DNA from: Octopus bimaculoides
Lineage: Eukaryota
Direction of reading: 5' to 3'
Assembly: GCF_001194135.2 (NCBI RefSeq)
Contig: NC_068999.1
Location: 18,530,726-18,594,725, forward strand
Length of the DNA: 64,000 nucleotides
Below the pieces are notes generated by a model, which was given only the letters and a program-made list of their open reading frames with translations, was not told where the DNA came from and did not search any database. This document shows, in pieces, positions 50,130-62,735 of this stretch (position 1 is its first letter; every line of letters begins with the position of its first letter). The position numbers and the translations under genes are program-made.

Positions 50130-50509
50130 TGTTGTTGTTGTTGTTGTTGTTGTTGGCCCTCCGTCGCTTACGACGTCGAGGGTTCCAGTTGATCCGATCA
50201 ACGGAACAGCCTGCTCATGAAATTAACGTGCAAGTGGCTGAGCAAAGCACAGACACGTGTACCCTTAACGTAGTTCTCGAGGATATTCACCGTGATACAG
50301 TGTGACAAGGCTGACCCTTTGAATTACAGGAAGTAAGAGTGAAAGTTGTGGTGGTAGAGTATAGCAGGGTTCGCCACCATCCCCTGCCGGAGCCTCGTGG
50401 AGCTTTAGGTGTTTTCGCTCAATAAACACTCACAACCCGGTCTGGGAATCGAAACCGCGATCCTATGACCATGGGTCCGCTGCCCTAATCACTGGGCCAT
50501 TGCACATCC
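50130..50509 (-). mobile_element. Full-length, young tRNA-derived SINE with (CAA)n tail and an 11-bp TSD
   Basis: A box TGGCCCAGTGATT, B box GGTTTCGATTCC, CpG-rich tail. TAGCAATAATA is duplicated at 50119-50129 and 50510-50520. Confidence 0.93.
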
Positions 50510-51009
50510 TAGCAATAATAGCAGTATCAGGAAACACCAACAGACATTATTCATTAAAAGGTACAGAGCCTGGTATACTTTTATTATCAATATGAAGAAC
50601 GTTATGACGCCTAAAATATAGGTTGTCGTGCGGTGGTTATGCATTACGCCGTAGATAGTTCTTTTCGTATTTTTTTTTTATATCTTCAAAACATTTCTCC
50701 TATTGGAAAGTGATATCGTTTTGATCAGAACCCATTCTCTGAGCACTCGGTGTTAGTGTTAAATACAATGGTATTGATTTTTTTTTATGGGTGATTTGAG
50801 GGTCACCGTAACATAGATCCGACGTTTCATAATGCGGATGATGGAGGAGAAAACGAATGTAGTGGATGAAACCATATTGAGAGAATGATTATAATTAAAA
50901 TTCTTCCATGGCTTAGTCCTCGTGCCAAATGCCCCAACACAATTCGATGCAACTAAATTTATTTTCCTGAATAGGCCTGATTCTGTTTAAAATTATCGAA
51001 AATAAATTT

Positions 51010-51245
51010 CAAAAATATATCCCATCACGTTCAAACGAACCCTGGAGAAATTTATTCAAAGAATACAAGGTGAGACACGTATACCGCGATACCTCGTACA
51101 ACTCAGTGAACAATTCTCTACTTGTATGGGCCATCATACCTCAAAACGTGATTTAAAAGTGGCATAACAAATCCTATTAGGTGGTGCTACTGCGTTAGGC
51201 CTGGTCCAATCTTTTCCCGAAACTTATCTAAGTTATCTAAGCATA
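51010..51245 (+). mobile_element. CR1/L2-type LINE extreme 3' fragment
   Basis: FKRTLEKFIQRI...NNSLL..AIIP, then AGGTGGTGCTACT...CGAAAC..ATCT, a 3' UTR shared with ~61577-61640. Confidence 0.65.
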
Positions 51246-51632
51246 AATTTTCGTGCAGCAGGTAGAATTATAATACTGAAAGAATTATTGAATCGATTAA
51301 GGATTCGAATAATGATCACACCAAGTATGATGTTTATTCAATTGACTGTATGTTTACTGGAAACAGAAGACTGCAGATCTACACAATACATCGCAAGTTA
51401 CATATAATTCTGTAAACAGTAAAATGTCAGAAACATAACAGCAGTTTAAACCTGCAATAAGTCTGCAAATTGGAAAATACTTCTAGATGCTAATCTTGGA
51501 AATAAACAAATAATAGTTTCCCTTTCACCTCCATTAAAATTCAGGTGCACTCTCTGAGCAGGGCCTTTTATTCTTGTTATTATTATCGCTATCACATGCC
51601 TTTGAAATAATTTCCTTCAAGGCAACACCCAC

Positions 51633-51895
51633 CGTTTAACATTAATCTAAACGGAAGCGATTTCTTTAGGTTTGGCTGAAGAGGAATATGTCCATTATCA
51701 GACATTTCCGAAAGGGCCATCCCGAAAACTCTTTCGTTAATACTCTCGGAAAAATAAATTGTTTCGTTAAAATAAATTCTTTCCCAAATCCCATTGGAAA
51801 AATAAAATATGCGGTCCTCCGGACAGAGATTCTCGGTGGCAAAATAGTTTTCATAACGGCTTGCCTGATAGCCTGTTCTATTCTGCATAACGTTC
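51633..51895 (-). CDS. Candidate 263-nt exon of an unidentified protein (NVMQNRTGYQASRYENYFATENLCPEDRIFYFSNGIWERIYFNETIYFSESINERVFGMALSEMSDNGHIPLQPNLKKSLPFRLMLN)
   Basis: Non-repetitive open frame (ORF 51592-51888) with a CTTTTCTTTCTAG acceptor and an ACG|GTGGGT donor; two N-x-T sequons. No family recognised. Confidence 0.3.
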
Positions 51896-52294
51896 CTAGA
51901 AAGAAAAGCTCAAGCACTTGTAGTGCAGCATGTTTTTTTTTAGACTGCTCTTCATTTGTTTTGCATGTCCCGTTGTCATTATTTCGAATCTGTTTAATTT
52001 GAAATCACAGTGACACTCTACAGAAGCACAGTCAGACTGGTGATGTGTCTAGCGATTATACAATACAAGGCTCCGGTTCGAAAGGCCTTTCAAATTGACC
52101 GGACAGATATCTTTCGTGAATACCTGGAGTCTCTCCGAGAAAGCCTTCATAATTTCTCATGATTGATGTTCTGTAAAACTTACAACCAACTTATTGCTCG
52201 ATTGAATGAGAGCGCCTGAAGGCAATCGATATTTCAGACCACAAAATTCGCTAGACAAGTCGAGTTAAAAATGTGACTTTTCAGAGATATGAGG

Positions 52295-52302
52295 TATAAA
52301 AG
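52295..52302 (+). promoter_or_regulatory. Possible TATA box (TATAAAAG) in a locally CpG-rich, non-repeat segment
   Basis: Consensus TATA followed by ~170 bp of CpG-retaining sequence and an AGA|GTAATT donor-like site near 52466. Confidence 0.2.
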
Positions 52303-54192
52303 AGTGCGCCTGTAACCGTAGCTGATACCCGTCAAGGAAACACAGATGATGTCATAGCATCAGCGCAAATTTATACATCGTCAGCCAGAGCATGGAATCT
52401 CCTGCACTGCCTAGGTGTTGATATCAAAACGAACGATAGACAAGCGGCACATATCCATTTTTAGAGTAATTGTCTGGCGCATTTTTCTAGTTGTTTACAG
52501 TTTCTTGCTATATTTTTCAGCATTATTTTACTGTCAGTTTATCAGATGTTATTTTTACATTTCATTTTTCTCGTATTCATAAAGCATTTCGTGCCTCAAA
52601 TGTTCTTTGGAAACTTCCATGTAGGAGTGAGTATGTTGGAACGAGTTTTAATCAAATAAATTTTAATTCTATTATTCTGTGAAATAATATTTAATTAGTT
52701 TTAATGTACACAAATGCATAAAAATAATTTCTAATTCAATTAGACATTCTAAAATACTATTAAATTTCATTTAATTTCTAAAATGGTAAAATCGGACAGA
52801 AGTTATGCGATGACCTGATATTTAGATGGTAGCAATACTTGGAACAGCTTAAGTGTTAAAGACAGTTTCCATAAAAGATTCTGAAAACAGAGTGAAAGGC
52901 GTTTCAATGAAATAAAATTACACAATGTCCTAAAAATAAATGATCACATTAATGATGCAATCCACCTAACAGAGGAGAACTTTGATTCAGCGCCTATCAA
53001 TACATCCGACAGATCCTACAATAAACAATTTATTAATCGCCGGGTCTCACAAAAAATGAAATCACGATATTATTCTGACAAAGTCTCTTATAACTTACAA
53101 TGATTCTACACATGAATGAAATGTAAGGCATATCACAGTTGGCAACACTAAAAACAATAATGTGAGTGAAGTTAAACTATCCGAGAGCTTGTTTTCGAAA
53201 CACTACAAAAAAAAAATTAAAATCAGGTCCAATCAGACTGGCACTCTTAATCTCATTTGAACATATTTCTGTTCAAATAGTTGATGTACATCTGGCTAAA
53301 TAGCAAGTTTTCGATACTTTCTGCAACACAGCTACTTTTTGCCCAAGCCGCATGTCAGACTATTATTGGTCCTTCCCGCAGTTAATGATTTGGCAATCAA
53401 AACGTTTCACGTATCATGATCTGTCCAGCATGACTCCATATGTCGGCAATAATTATTCATTGAAGCAACGAATGTTGAATTGTTTCATTGCTCTGCATGC
53501 CTAGTTGATGCTACATCAGGATGATCCTGTAGATGTTATCTTTGATAGTGACTTCGTACATCCTTCATATTTGACTGTCTGGCGGCATACTGCTGACATT
53601 CGTGTCATTTAATCTCATATACTAGATGGAACATGCAAATAAATCTATCAATAGATTTGTGTTTGACCGTGTTGCAAATTTCTACCCCACCCTTATTTTA
53701 TGAAATATACAAAATATTAGATTTCAGTACGCCTTCTGAATATTACCTCGTATAAAGTATACACAGTTCATTAGTATATATTCTAAAATATACTGTAAAG
53801 TGTCGTATGTGTCAGGTGTGCAGCTACATATCAAAGTTAATTACGAGAGGAAATGAAAGACATTGCATTTGGAAATATCCGCATATTTCACTTGTAAATA
53901 TATGAAATTACTGCCAAGGAGCTAATACTTGTTGATGTTAGTTATTGCTGACGTTAACAATTGAGAACATTTTCAGTTGTGTGTATTTTATTTTGATGAA
54001 TTTTTTAACACTTTATGACATCTTATGAAAAAGACATTTGTATTTCTATGTTTGTCTTTTGTTTTCCTAAAAAGAAAAACAACCTATCGTTAGAATTGGT
54101 ATTTCGAAAATTATTTAAGTGCGTACACCTACGTGAAGTTTGATGTGTAGGCGTTCTCAAAATCGCCCAATACTTGTGCGTTTCACGAAGGA

Positions 54193-54225
<33 letters not shown>

Positions 54226-55469
54226 CGTTCGTCAAACGGATATATATATATACATATATATGCATTATTCCTATAATAACTTGGACATTTTTCCTTTTCT
54301 ATGCACTATAAGGAAACATTTAGAACGAGGTTTCAGTAATCTCCACACATATAGAAAACCTATTTCATGGATTATAATGAAAATTATATAGCAATTTCTG
54401 TTTTTCTTCAAACGCGTTTCCAGCTTCTCATGCGTCCCATTTCAAACAAGGAGATTTCGACATATTTTTCAAATTTAGAAACGATTTACATATCATTTCA
54501 TACACACGAGAGTAACTCTACCGAAATATGTTAATAGTTAATAACCTCCTGAGGAAATTATCCTACTGATATGTAACATTGAACACTAACTGTATAGATA
54601 TTACATGCTTTTTGAACCTGTACCAGCTATAGATAATGCGGTAGTGTTACTGAGTAACCTCCGCAAAGAAAACGTATATAACTAACTGTCTCTTGAACAG
54701 CTTTGGAATTTCTTTTTTTATCATAGATAATATTTCAGTTCTTTAAATTCCATTTACTAGTTCAGCATTGACAGAGGTATGTTTTTCTCGTGTTGCTTCT
54801 ATTGTTCTACAAAAGCGTCTAACAGATAGCCTCTTACTACAAAGATTTTGTTTTTATGTCTTATGTTGTTTATAGTGTTTATATTTCTTATCTTTATTTT
54901 TTCAATTCTAAGTAAGGATTATAGCTCTCAGCGAGTACACTATTCATCATAAACATGCTGAGGATGCTTCGACTATCAGTTTCTTGCAGCAAAAATTTCA
55001 AATTTTCGGAGAATAGATTTTATTTACTTAGTTATTTATTTGTTTTAGCAATCGCAGTGAAGAACAAAGGAAAACACTTATAGGACATCACTGAAGCATA
55101 GAAAAAGATCGTACATTTGAAAAGCGAATAAAGATAAGCAAACCGAAAATGAATGTTTAAATAAATAGCTGACGAAATTGACTACAAAATATGCAGTTGA
55201 ACAACTGCATAAAAAACAAAAAAATCATGATGTTTTAATGTTTTTTTTTTTAATTTTTCCTTGGCGGAAAATACATTTTATGGCCTCGTATTTCCATTTC
55301 TCTGTGGAAAAGTAAGTAACAAATATTAGAAAAGAAATGTCAATAATAACAATTTTAAATAATCATTCATTAACCAATATGTATATAAGTGTGTATGTGT
55401 TTGTGTGTGCATGTGTGTGTGTGAGAGGGAGAGAGCGTGTGGGTGTTTATGTGTACACACACGTGCAGA

Positions 55470-55533
<64 letters not shown>

Positions 55534-55602
55534 NNNNNNNNNNNNNNNNNNNNNNNNNNNNNNNNNNNNNNNNNNNNNNNNNNNNNNNNNNNNNNNNNNN
55601 NN

Positions 55603-55649
<47 letters not shown>

Positions 55650-55707
55650 AGTTGAATAAAGCTAAAACATGGGCTGGATTGCACGATTTTTTCATGGCAT
55701 TTTAACA

Positions 55708-57010
55708 TAAAATATATATATTGCAACGTTCAAAAAGTTCAATTAGCGCTTTCATACGTTCGTAGAAATCATCGGATTTCAAAACGTATTTAACTGACAG
55801 TTAAGTTCTTGACAAATTTGTAACTCTGAGAACGCTCCAACAAGCTGAATATTTGGAATACGGTTTTGACCAATCTGCAAACTGTCTAACCAGAAAAATT
55901 TGTACTACACTAGATGATGCATATATCAGGAACACACGACTTATAGAACTCAAAGTATTTCTGCCCAAGCAACGAAGAAAAGAGATATCTATAGAACAAC
56001 TCACGGCAACACAAAAAAGACAAACCCATCAAAGGAACACAATACCATTACTAGTACGACACGGTCAGCATCACCAAAATATTTTTATCATCATGAAAAC
56101 AAATTTGCCAATCACAGTAAAATATTAAAAACACAAAACTAATCGAACACTTATCTTAAGCAAAAGACAACCACATAACCTAAAGAAACTATCAACAAAG
56201 GCAAAATTCAACATGAACAAACAGGTTAAACCATTCACAATTTCCAAGTGCAATGTGGAACGTGTCAATTCTTGCATACTGGTAAATACATTAGAGCAAA
56301 AGAAAACATTGACAGATTTTCGCAAATTCAGATGTGAACTGCAAAAGTAGAAATTTGATCTACTACATTAAATGTCCGAATAGCGAGGAAATATGTATAT
56401 GTGAGACAGGGAATGCATTATCAGAACGCCCACGTGTGCACAGGCATCAAATCCGGAGCATCAATGTTCGCCAAATTCCATTTAGAAAACATACAGAAAG
56501 ATGTGGTCAGAAATTGTTTTCTAGTTTTTCCTCTCCACACACTACATGGCACAAGTAAGGCTGGAAGAAAGATAAATGAAAAACTTTTTTTCTTAACGTT
56601 CAAACATTTTCTGAACGGAAATATTAACAATAATATAACAATCATATAATTAACGATGTTGATTAAACATATCTTTAACTTACTGATATAAGCAAATTAC
56701 AGAAGGCTACCACCAATTGAAATAAAAACGACCGTAAGTAGCTAAGCTTGTTCACTCATTAAACCACTACATATAAACTGCAAACAAATTGGTGAAAATA
56801 AAGTGTAGATATATGCCAGTAGAATCGGTATTCTGCATGCTGATTGTTCAAAACCGTATTCCAAAATTTTAGCTTGTTGGAGCGTTGGAAGACGTACTAC
56901 ACATGTCAATCACTCAACAGTCAGTCAAATATATTTTGAAATCTGACGATTACTACAAACTTATTACAGCGCTAATTGAACTTAATCAACAATATAAAAT
57001 ATATACTTTT
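55708..57010 (+). mobile_element. Penelope-like element: inverted pLTR piece, then 5'-truncated RT-thumb/GIY-YIG region, then pLTR
   Basis: LTRKICTTLDD...RLIELKVFL (from ~55880) and CKSRNLIYYIKCP...ICICETGNALSERPRVHRHQIR (GIY-YIG, ORF 56334-56558). 55708-55879 is a diverged reverse complement of 56838-57010. Confidence 0.88.
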
Positions 57011-57589
57011 GGTATTAAATTATCATAATAAAATAACGTGAAAAACAGACCGTATATTTAAACTGTATTCAACTGATATAGTATTCAATACACGTTCACA
57101 AAATTCGAAAAAAAAAACTATATATATATATGTGTANNNNNNNNNNATATATATATATATATATACACCCATATCTATCTACTTATATATATATATGTGT
57201 ACGTGTGTGTTTATGCAGCTAACAATTATTATATAATATTTTAAATCAAACATATGTACCCACGTTTAAATTTGAAGGGATATATTTATGTGACATGAAC
57301 ACACTCACGATGGGTACCCTGAGTCTATACATTGAGACATAGAAAGACAGAGAAAGGATTTTTGTATAAGCCACAATCTTTCAGTGAGGGGGAGAATACA
57401 TATACTGTTACTTTCCAAACCACTATTTGAAGTACTTTGAAACATTTACTTGAATTCGTTGTCGCCTCAATCACAACCTCTGTCAATATTATTTTATGAA
57501 TTGTTATCTAACTTCTAGCATCTATTTCGTGTCCTTAGGTCGTTTACATTTGATTGCTGCTAAACTACTCAGCAGACCTACTTCCCTCT

Positions 57590-57622
<33 letters not shown>

Positions 57623-59429
57623 AGTGCGTGCGTTGCGTGTGTGTGTATGTGTGTGAGTGTGTGCGTGTGTTGCGCGCGTGTGTGTGTGTGTGACTTTGTT
57701 GCATTTCTTTCTAATTATTTATGGATCTTTCTCTAGGCTTATTAGAAGGTGGAACAATAACTATTTGATACTTAACTGTCCTGCAAATTATCATTTCAGA
57801 TTTTGTATATTGTCATGTAGTGAGAGCTCGTCCGTTCGGGCATTAATTCTGCAATAGCAGCGTATAACAGTAGATGTGTCCAGGCTAACTTCACGATGCA
57901 ATGACGATATTTTTCTATAGGTGCAAAAAATGATTCTAAGAAATTTCGGGACTTACCTCACATCTTAAAATACAGATATTCCTAGGTTAAACCAGTGGCA
58001 CATAAAGTGTCTTACCATACATTTGTTTTCTTTAAATTTTAGTCGGTCTTTGTATTAAATACCCAACGTCAACAATATGAGGAGTGGCATTCCAGGGGTC
58101 GATATTTATAATATCCACTAGTTATTGTTGTCAACATCAGACTTTCAGCAGGAAATTACTTATCGACACCTTTATATTTCTCTACGACTAATATATGCAA
58201 TCATTATCGACCCAGACCATCCACTCACTATCAGCGATAGTGAATATCAGAAGTATATCAGGCAACTAGATTCGCTACACCTCGTGGATATACTGAATAT
58301 AGCTTGCGAGATGAATTCCGGAAATTATATTATATTATTTTTTTTTGTACCGTATTGTCCTTATGACTTCCTTGCAACGAGGAAATAAATCAAATTAAAT
58401 CAAAACAGTATAGCATCAACAAACAGACATTCTATAACAAAATTCCCTTCAGCATGTCATGAACAAGGAGAGGGCTTCTTCAAGTAAAACGCATTTGAAT
58501 GTTATTTAAATTTTATGTTGGAAATGTAACGAAATATTTAAGCGAACGTAAATTAGAATTCTCTTATATCTTTAAAAATATTTTTTATATTAATAGAGAA
58601 AGCTTTCAGCACAACAGATCGTGTGTAAAGAGATCCAAAATACGAGAGAGCTGCAGGAATTGGACCTTATATCCAAAGGGATGAAAACATAACTATTAGA
58701 GCTGTACATAAACAGAATGTTTCTGGGGCTGGATGAATGTCATTTTTCTCGATGAAAGACAGGTTCATAAGTTTGCATCTGTGCTGGTATTATGCAATAT
58801 GTATCAGTGCAGACACTACAATTTAGTACATGCAGGTGAAGAGAAAGTTGTTTCTGTCTCCCGAAATGAGTAATATAGAATGTGATTTAAATTATGATTC
58901 TAAGATCAAATATAATACAAATAAATCGTATATGAATTTTAATAATACTTAATTTAAAGTTATATTCCAAAATGTATACTGTTACAAATAAAAGATTAAC
59001 GTGTATGTTGCCTTTTACACGTTGGTTTTTCTGTCATAAAAATAAATTTTGGTTAAACTTACAGACATTCGAATTGCAACGTTTTCACCTTTATAGTATA
59101 AAACAGAAAAAAAAATATGTAGATACATTTTCAGGAATAAAATAGTATATTATACAACTATTTTGATGCTGTGAAATAAAGAATATATTATAAACACAAA
59201 TTCAAATACTCATGATGGGTTCATAAAACAGCAACATTAAGCTCGGGTCAATGAAAGATTATATACAGAAGTGCATCTCCTACGCATACTATCAGCAGGC
59301 TTTCATAAATATATTATCCGCTCTATGAAATAATGTGGTTATTCTATGAATACTGAGTACATAATAGTACACTATGCATTGTTTTCTTTTACATTATATA
59401 TGTTTCTATTTCAATTTGAGGGATATTTA

Positions 59430-59631
59430 TCAAATATTACACAATATATATATTCTTAATTTGTTTGAAAAGTTTAGTGATTTTTCAGAGGATATGAGTT
59501 TCCCATCAAAATACACATAGTCCTCCGATGTACACTCTAATACCAGCATTAGAATTTTACAATTATTAAATGGTGAACGATCATATCCACACATTATGTC
59601 AAACTGAATCTGTTTAACATTGTTTTCACGT
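59430..59631 (-). CDS. Candidate exon-like ORF (RENNVKQIQFDIMCGYDRSPFNNCKILMLVLECTSEDYVYFDGK...), unidentified
   Basis: ATGTCTTTCAG acceptor and an open frame to a stop at 59430; faint motif resemblance to 51633-51895. Confidence 0.15.
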
Positions 59632-60171
59632 CTGAAAGACATTATAATCTCTTAATTCTTTTGTTTATAGAAAAAATATCGACCAAAAACGATAATCGTA
59701 AATAGGCTGTCTAAAAAACGAAGCCACGTACAAGATAATAATGTATATCTTGAGGAAGATGGGAACGGAGTTGTTATTAATGCTCTCTAAGATGATGATC
59801 AAGTGAATAAGTATTATTATGATGATAACGGTGGTAATAATGATGATGAGGATGATGATGATGATGGTGACTTGGAGAATCATGTGAGACAGTGGGGTTG
59901 ATGAGGTTCAATACGTTGGGCTTGAGGATAATAACGGTTATTTTAACAATACAGATAGAATAATTGATATAATTGTTGATGATAAATGAAGTAGTAATAA
60001 TACAAATAATAATAATACGAAGAACAGGAATAACAATAATGATAATAATATTCATAATGTGCAATTAATTATCATGATTCAGAAAACTGTTAATAACAGA
60101 ATTATAAAATCAATAATATATTACTAAATACATAAACAAATCAAAATGAAATTAGCATCTCTCTCTTCCTT

Positions 60172-60228
<57 letters not shown>

Positions 60229-60659
60229 NNNNNNNNNNNNNNNNNNNNNNNNNNNNNNNNNNNNNNNNNNNNNNNNNNNNNNNNNNNNNNNNNNNNNNNN
60301 NNNNNNNNNNNNNNNNNNNNNNNNNNNNNNNNNNNNNNNNNNNNNNNNNNNNNNNNNNNNNNNNNNNNNNNNNNNNNNNNNNNNNNNNNNNNNNNNNNNN
60401 NNNNNNNNNNNNNNNNNNNNNNNNNNNNNNNNNNNNNNNNNNNNNNNNNNNNNNNNNNNNNNNNNNNNNNNNNNNNNNNNNNNNNNNNNNNNNNNNNNNN
60501 NNNNNNNNNNNNNNNNNNNNNNNNNATATATATATATATACATACACTTATAATATCATGTTAAATTTTCATGAAAATTATTTGAGTGGCCGCATATAAA
60601 GAATAGCTATTAAGGTGAAATTTTTTAATACAATTATAAGAAGAAAAAGAAAAAAATAT

Positions 60660-61645
60660 TTACTAATATGCTGATTCCAGTGAACATAGCACCATTAAAA
60701 TATTTGCAGATGACTTTAAGCCACAGCAACTCATTAAGGGAGCACATGAACGAGGGTTGCTTCAGTGGGACCTGTGCGCAGTAACCCAGTGGGCACAAAA
60801 AAAAACATGCAACTGAACGAAGAAAAGTTTGAGCTCATCCGCTTTGGAAAAAAAGGGCTCACTGAAACAACCGGCTATATTACCGTTGGGAAATCTACTT
60901 GAACCGTCCGATAATATCAGAGATTAGGTTTAACTGTTAACAGCAGCCTTACCTGCGGTGTGCACAACAAAAACGTCGATGATGCCCGCGAAATGTGCTA
61001 ATGGATCCACAGAACGTTTCAATCTAAGGATCATGAAACTATCATCCTTCTTTTCTCCACATTCGCTAGCCTCCACCTGGAATACTGTTGCCCATTGTCC
61101 TCCCCCTACAAAAACAAATGATATAAAGAGAATCAAAGTGCACAAAGATCAATCACTAAAACCATAAATGGCATGAAGATACTTTAATATTGGATTATAC
61201 ATATAAGCAACTGAAAATCTATTCTCTGCAAAGCTGCCGTAATCGATACATTATTTGCACCATGTGGAAAATATTCCACCGATATTATCCACATGATATC
61301 GGCATTACGTTTACAATTCACCCAAGACTAGACCCCGTGCAATGCGTCCCATGCAAAAGTCAAGATAACATCACATACGAACATTGCCACAGAATTTCTT
61401 CACTACAAATTGTCTTGCACTTTTCAATATTATCCCGAAAGAAATTAAAGTAGAATTTATCCAGGAAATACCGGATAAACCATCTAAACCTTGATACGTC
61501 TCAACCAACCAGAACTCTCTGCTTCTCTGCTCCATGGTATCCCGAAATTATTAACTAAAATAATTTTCCTTTTCTAGGTGGTGCTACTCAGTTAGTCATG
61601 GTTTGGGCAGATAATGGCCGAAACATTTCTGTTATCTCAGTTATG
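60660..61645 (+). mobile_element. CR1/L2-superfamily LINE, 5'-truncated (RT C-terminal half plus 3' UTR)
   Basis: HSTIKIFADD (60703-60714)...DLCAVTQWAQ..NMQLNEEKFELIRFG...IRDLG...HLEYCCPL...QRSITKTINGM...YSLQ..RNRYII...LFNIIPKEIK. Several stops and frameshifts. Confidence 0.92.
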
Positions 61646-61647
61646 TC

Positions 61648-61680
<33 letters not shown>

Positions 61681-62548
61681 NNNNNNNNNNNNNNNNNNNN
61701 NNNNNNNNNNNNNNNNNNNNNNNNNNNNNNNNNNNNNNNNNNNNNNNNNNNNNNNNNNNNNNNNNNNNNNNNNNNNNNNNNNNNNNNNNNNNNNNNNNNN
61801 NNNNNNNNNNNNNNNNNNNNNNNNNNNNNNNNNNNNNNNNNNNNNNNNNNNNNNNNNNNNNNNNNNNNNNNNNNNNNNNNNNNNNNNNNNNNNNNNNNNN
61901 NNNNNNNNNNNNNNNNNNNNNNNNNNNNNNNNNNNNNNNNNNNNNNNNNNNNNNNNNNNNNNNNNNNNNNNNNNNNNNNNNNNNNNNNNNNNNNNNNNNN
62001 NNNNNNNNNNNNNNNNNNNNNNNNNNNNNNNNNNNNNNNNNNNNNNNNNNNNNNNNNNNNNNNNNNNNNNNNNNNNNNNNNNNNNNNNNNNNNNNNNNNN
62101 NNNNNNNNNNNNNNNNNNNNNNNNNNNNNNNNNNNNNNNNNNNNNNNNNNNNNNNNNNNNNNNNNNNNNNNNNNNNNNNNNNNNNNNNNNNNNNNNNNNN
62201 NNNNNNNNNNNNNNNNNNNNNNNNNNNNNNNNNNNNNNNNNNNNNNNNNNNNNNNNNNNNNNNNNNNNNNNNNNNNNNNNNNNNNNNNNNNNNNNNNNNN
62301 NNNNNNNNNNNNNNNNNNNNNNNNNNNNNNNNNNNNNNNNNNNNNNNNNNNNNNNNNNNNNNNNNNNNNNNNNNNNNNNNNNNNNNNNNNNNNNNNNNNN
62401 NNNNNNNNNNNNNNNNNNNNNNNNNNNNNNNNNNNNNNNNNNNNNNNNNNNNNNNNNNNNNNNNNNNNNNNNNNNNNNNNNNNNNNNNNNNNNNNNNNNN
62501 NNNNNNNNNNNNNNNNNNNNNNNNNNNNNNNNNNNNNNNNNNNNNNNN

Positions 62549-62579
<31 letters not shown>

Positions 62580-62589
62580 CTGGATTCTA

Positions 62590-62735
62590 TTAATTTCTCT
62601 CTACCAAATCCACTCGCGGACGTTTGGACTCCCCAAAACTATAGAAGATACATGCTTGGAATGACACGAACAAGATCTGAATACGCAAACATGTGGCATA
62701 GAAGCCGGCTTATTACTTCACGTCCACGCCACATT
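62590..62735 (-). mobile_element. Decayed SINE (40782 family)
   Basis: TCTACCAAATCCACTC...TATAGAAGATAC...ACATGTGG matches the reverse complement of the SINE centre and head. Confidence 0.55.

Noticed and set aside
50420-50509. tRNA-like A/B boxes as a tRNA gene (also at 40120, 40790 and 13909)
   Set aside because: They continue into SINE bodies with tails and TSDs, and no complete cloverleaf is present.
56790-56865. Possible hammerhead in the PLE pLTR (AAAACCGTA resembles GAAAC-GUA)
   Set aside because: I could not place a CUGANGA core with consistent stems I and II; too decayed to call.
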